In this document: positions 16,773 through 20,000 of the stretch, one piece after another
How positions within the stretch are numbered: position 1 is the first letter of the stretch
How the letters are laid out: each line of letters starts with the position of its first letter
From: an uncultured virus (IMG/VR IMGVR_UViG_3300008954_000036)
Taxonomy: Duplodnaviria > Heunggongvirae > Uroviricota > Caudoviricetes
IMG/VR virus record: IMGVR_UViG_3300008954_000036
Length of the DNA: 20,000 nt
Reading direction: 5' to 3' (one strand)
The notes under the pieces: generated by a model
Databases searched by the model: none
Seen by the model: only the letters and a program-made list of their open reading frames with translations
Told to the model about the DNA's origin: nothing
Translations under genes and position numbers: made by a program

Positions 16773-17057
16773 TTGTTCCTTATGAATACGTGGTACAAAG
16801 TGTTTAAATCTGATTTAGCTTACAGCCCAGCAGGGATAGGTTTAAGAGAAACTGAAAACTATGTAGATTTAGAAAGCGGAGGCAGTATATCTAGGGTAAA
16901 AAAGAATTCAAAGTTATTTATGTATTTTAGGGATAAAAGAAGGGCTTTAGATTACTGTGAAAGAAATTTAACAATCAGAATGGAGTCTCTACAATTTAAA
17001 GTAAGTGTACTGAGCCATAAAAGATCGGCAGTACGGGGGGAGCTGAGAAAATGTTGA
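16773..17057 (+). CDS. Hypothetical protein (start uncertain, ATG 16782 possible)
   Basis: ORF fills the gap and overlaps the kinase start. Confidence 0.6.
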   Translation: MFLMNTWYKVFKSDLAYSPAGIGLRETENYVDLESGGSISRVKKNSKLFMYFRDKRRALDYCERNLTIRMESLQFKVSVLSHKRSAVRGELRKC

Positions 17058-17608
17058 TATTAGGATTAGCGGGACATGCAGGAACGGGGAAAGATTTTCT
17101 TTGTGAGCAGATAATTAAGAACTACCCTGAGTATAGGTTTCATAGGTATGCGTTAGCAGATTTTCTTAAGGAGCTGATGTGTGTTGTACTCGATATGTCT
17201 ATGGAGGAGATTAACGAGAGGAAAGGGGATAAAGACTTTAGGCAAAGGTTAATTGATTTTTCAGAGCTTGGGATTAAAAAAGTGGATCATGAGTTCTGGA
17301 TTAAGAAGTTTTGGAAGGATGCACAACAAAAACGCAGGAACTACATTATTACCGATCTTAGATACCATGAAGAGCTTCATTTTATGGAAAAGCTACACGG
17401 CAAAGATAACGTAGTATTCTTTTCTACTTACGTAAAAAGGGTACATGCAGGTGTTTATAGGCATTGCGGGATGCAGATTGCGCCTTTTCAGTGTGATACA
17501 TATATTGATCATATAGATATAAGTAATCTGGAAAGATATAAAGATAATCTTAGGCAACTTATTAGGACTGTTAATAGGGCCGTAAGCGCCTCTTGTATAC
17601 GGGCTTGA
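17051..17608 (+). CDS. Deoxynucleoside monophosphate kinase-like P-loop protein
   Basis: ILGLAGHAGTGKD, LAD.LKE, R..L...G......W and IITDLRY.EE, as in phage dNMP kinases. Confidence 0.8.
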   Translation: MLILGLAGHAGTGKDFLCEQIIKNYPEYRFHRYALADFLKELMCVVLDMSMEEINERKGDKDFRQRLIDFSELGIKKVDHEFWIKKFWKDAQQKRRNYIITDLRYHEELHFMEKLHGKDNVVFFSTYVKRVHAGVYRHCGMQIAPFQCDTYIDHIDISNLERYKDNLRQLIRTVNRAVSASCIRA

Positions 17609-17707
17609 TCAGATAAAAACTAAAAATTAAAATCAAATTGCCAAATCACGAAAATTTATTTTAGTAAATTTTAGTAGGGGGTAGTCCTAAAATAAAGGAG
17701 AAAGATA

Positions 17708-18193
17708 ATGAATGGAAAAGGTAGGCAAAATAAAGGCAAGAACTGGGAAAGACGCTGTGCTAAAGCTCTCAGTGATTGGTCTGGCATAGAATTTCGCAGA
17801 ACAAAAGGATCGGGGGCGGATAAGGATGCTTATACCCTAGCCCACGAATTAGGGGATATTAGGCCGAAAGACCCCCTGCATTTTGAGCAATTTCCGTTAT
17901 TAGTTGAATGCAAGGCAGTAGGAAAATTCCCATTTCACCAGATTTTACTAGGACAATGTAAGGTTTTGGATTCGTGGATAGGGCAGGTATTTGGAGATAG
18001 AAAGATATTGCAGGAGAAGGCGGGACTTAAAAAGGACTGTATAGTGATATTTAAGGCTAATAACGTGCCTGCTATGGTAGTCATAAATATACCTGTTTTA
18101 AGTAACTGTATTTATAGGGGTTGGAGGGTATTAGCTCTTGATACCTTACTGTCAACCTTTAGCTTAAAAGACCTTTGCAATTATAAAAAGTAG
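17708..18193 (+). CDS. Holliday-junction resolvase-like PD-(D/E)xK nuclease
   Basis: KGKNWER...SG...GDI...VECK pattern of Hjc-like phage resolvases. RBS AAGGAG. Confidence 0.8.
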   Translation: MNGKGRQNKGKNWERRCAKALSDWSGIEFRRTKGSGADKDAYTLAHELGDIRPKDPLHFEQFPLLVECKAVGKFPFHQILLGQCKVLDSWIGQVFGDRKILQEKAGLKKDCIVIFKANNVPAMVVINIPVLSNCIYRGWRVLALDTLLSTFSLKDLCNYKK

Positions 18194-18198
18194 GGTGT

Positions 18199-18438
18199 AT
18201 GATCAGGTGTGAGGGATGTGGCTTTTCCTCGGTGGATTTTCGGGATTTCAAAACTACTATTATCCCATTCCCAAGAGGCCGAAAAATAGACCCCAACATA
18301 AGCGATAGGAATAAGTTATTCGTTGTGTTGGAAGGCAATTTCGTTAGCTTTCGCTGTCCCAAGTGTAAAACGCTTTATACAACTAAACCAAGCGAGATTA
18401 CTTTGATTTCGCTTCAAACAAAAGGACAGGGTGATTAG
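18199..18438 (+). CDS. Zinc-ribbon protein (79 aa)
   Basis: CEGC ... CPKC pair. Confidence 0.65.
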   Translation: MIRCEGCGFSSVDFRDFKTTIIPFPRGRKIDPNISDRNKLFVVLEGNFVSFRCPKCKTLYTTKPSEITLISLQTKGQGD

Positions 18439-18604
18439 TGTGGAATCTTTACCTATAGTTAAAGATGATGAGATAATTACAAATTACTACACAGGCGAGA
18501 AGTGGTATTTAGTGAGCATAAACGGTAATCAAACATATGTAAATGAGGCAAAGTATAAGCAATTACAAGGCCCAAGCGAGAAATTAATTCCTAATATTAC
18601 TTGA
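18431..18604 (+). CDS. Small hypothetical protein (about 54-57 aa; not in ORF track)
   Basis: Open frame from GTG 18431 or 18440 to TGA 18602-18604 (...ESLPIVKDDEIITNYYTGEKWYLVSINGNQTYVNEAKYKQLQ...). Confidence 0.5.
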   Translation: MISVESLPIVKDDEIITNYYTGEKWYLVSINGNQTYVNEAKYKQLQGPSEKLIPNIT

Positions 18605-18655
18605 TTTTATACTATATTCGCAGTAAACTAAAAATAACCGAAGTAAGCCACCATT

Positions 18656-18692
18656 AAACGGTAAGGATTTTTATAGTTCTTACCGTTTTTTT
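18656..18692 (+). terminator. Intrinsic terminator-like hairpin
   Basis: AAACGGTAAG (18656-18665) pairs with CTTACCGTTT (18679-18688). The T-run extends to 18692. Confidence 0.6.
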
Positions 18693-19109
18693 ATGCCTGA
18701 TAAACTTTCAAACGAATTCGAGAAAAGGGCAAAAGCCTTAAAATCCAAAACATTTAAAAACATAGCGTCTAGGAAGACCATACTAAAGCTTCTTAGGCCT
18801 ATATACCCGGATAAGCCTGACAGCTTCTTATGGTCTGTTTGGCAAACTCAGATGGATGTTTTAGTTAATCTTGTATGCCTGGGTTATGGGGTGGGTATAG
18901 CAGGCCAGCATTTCACAGCCGGGGTGCTTCACCCGGATACCCGAAAAGGTAAAACTATGGTCAATATTCGCAACACCGGGGAGCTAATAGATATGGACCC
19001 GAAAGTAATGATCAAGTTCAAGCATTACCCTGATTTTTTAAAAACCATGAACGCCGTGTACTACTCTGATTTAAAAGAGATTGTCCCGGAGCTATTTGGT
19101 GATGACTAA
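18693..19109 (+). CDS. HU/IHF-like histone-like DNA-binding protein (divergent)
   Basis: LV.LGYGVGIAG..F.....RKGKTMVNIRNTGELIDMDPKVMIKFK...FLKTMN parallels the HU consensus L..G..V...GFG.F....R..R.GRNP.TGE.I.I......FK...LK..VN. Confidence 0.6.
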   Translation: MPDKLSNEFEKRAKALKSKTFKNIASRKTILKLLRPIYPDKPDSFLWSVWQTQMDVLVNLVCLGYGVGIAGQHFTAGVLHPDTRKGKTMVNIRNTGELIDMDPKVMIKFKHYPDFLKTMNAVYYSDLKEIVPELFGDD

Positions 19110-19896
19110 CAAATATTTTCAAAATTTTGTTATCAACGAAGCGGCGCTGAAAAACATACCTTTATTAACTAAAACTCACAGCCTAAAATCTTTACGTGGA
19201 AAATTTGAAATTGAAGTCGTAGGCAGTCAAAAAGTTAATAAAGCATGGCAGATAGAAATACCTAAAAGTAAAAGAAGTGGTAGGGTTTCTTCTTTATTGT
19301 CTACAGAATACATGGAAGATCAGGTAATAGTAGTTTCCGAACCTGAGATTACACGAACTATTACCTCCCTGGATCGTAAAATTGTTTTTCGAGCTTGCGA
19401 TATAATCTTAGTCGAGTCCTGTGATTTATCTTGGCTATCTCTAACTTCCACAGGCCATGTGGAGTTAGCTGATTGCAATTTGTATAAAATACAGGATACA
19501 AAGGTTAGAGCTTCTGCGGGAGTTAACCCGGAGTCCGGGTTATCCGTTCATAGGTATTCTATTCCAGATAATCAGTTATTGACTATAGCGGAGCTTTTAA
19601 GGCCTAAAGGGGTAAGAAGCATAGAAGATATGCCTTACTGCTGGTTATGCCCCCCCAAGCAGGAATACACAGATATAGAGATAGAGCTTGAGGGGCAGGT
19701 TTGGCATACTAGGAAAGACTTACTATTGGGCTACTGCTTGTTAAAGAGGTTTTTGTATAGCACGAACTCTAGCATACGCCACTACTCTCCTCTTGACGCT
19801 TTGGGCTGGTTATACCTAGAAAAGGCTTTTATATCTGAGGAAATAGGAACGATCCTGCAAAACATAAGCCCTACAGGATCGAAATTGATTCTCTAA
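19102..19896 (+). CDS. Hypothetical protein (about 264 aa)
   Basis: Long ORF. ATG 19102 overlaps the previous gene end and is preferred over TTG 19081. No motif recognised. Confidence 0.7.
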   Translation: MTNKYFQNFVINEAALKNIPLLTKTHSLKSLRGKFEIEVVGSQKVNKAWQIEIPKSKRSGRVSSLLSTEYMEDQVIVVSEPEITRTITSLDRKIVFRACDIILVESCDLSWLSLTSTGHVELADCNLYKIQDTKVRASAGVNPESGLSVHRYSIPDNQLLTIAELLRPKGVRSIEDMPYCWLCPPKQEYTDIEIELEGQVWHTRKDLLLGYCLLKRFLYSTNSSIRHYSPLDALGWLYLEKAFISEEIGTILQNISPTGSKLIL

Positions 19897-20000
19897 TCAG
19901 GTAACCTGACTGCTACCAGTAATTTACCCTTGGATATATGTTTAACGCTCTTTGTTTTACCTTTAATCTGTTAATCTCAGAATCCGTTGTGCGGTTGATT

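Noticed and set aside
1..20000. CRISPR array, tRNA, rRNA, integrase or transposase
   Set aside because: No regularly spaced repeats, cloverleafs or recombinase motifs were seen by eye.

Overview
This window is a 20-kb DNA replication/recombination module of a large dsDNA bacteriophage (AT-rich, tightly overlapping genes, standard genetic code, no integrase, tRNA or CRISPR seen). On the left, a DnaB/gp41-like helicase (partial, missing from the ORF track) and a hypothetical gene run on the minus strand, divergent from a long plus-strand operon. That operon encodes a Toprim primase, an acidic protein, a family A DNA polymerase, a gp32-like SSB, a 5'-3' exonuclease, an ATP-dependent ligase, SbcD/SbcC, small wHTH genes, a permuted papain-like enzyme, a Dam-family methyltransferase, a GH73-like hydrolase, a dNMP kinase, a Holliday-junction resolvase-like nuclease and an HU-like protein. 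The most striking feature is the polymerase. It is fractured between motif B and motif C into two ORFs in different frames (3225-5435 and 5825-6340). A 138-aa Cys-rich unknown gene fills the gap and overlaps both halves, and I see no intein or group I intron core. The polymerase also carries a degenerate N-terminal Fe-S uracil-DNA-glycosylase-like domain and is preceded by a strongly structured RNA-like leader. All calls come from reading motifs by eye; no searches were run.
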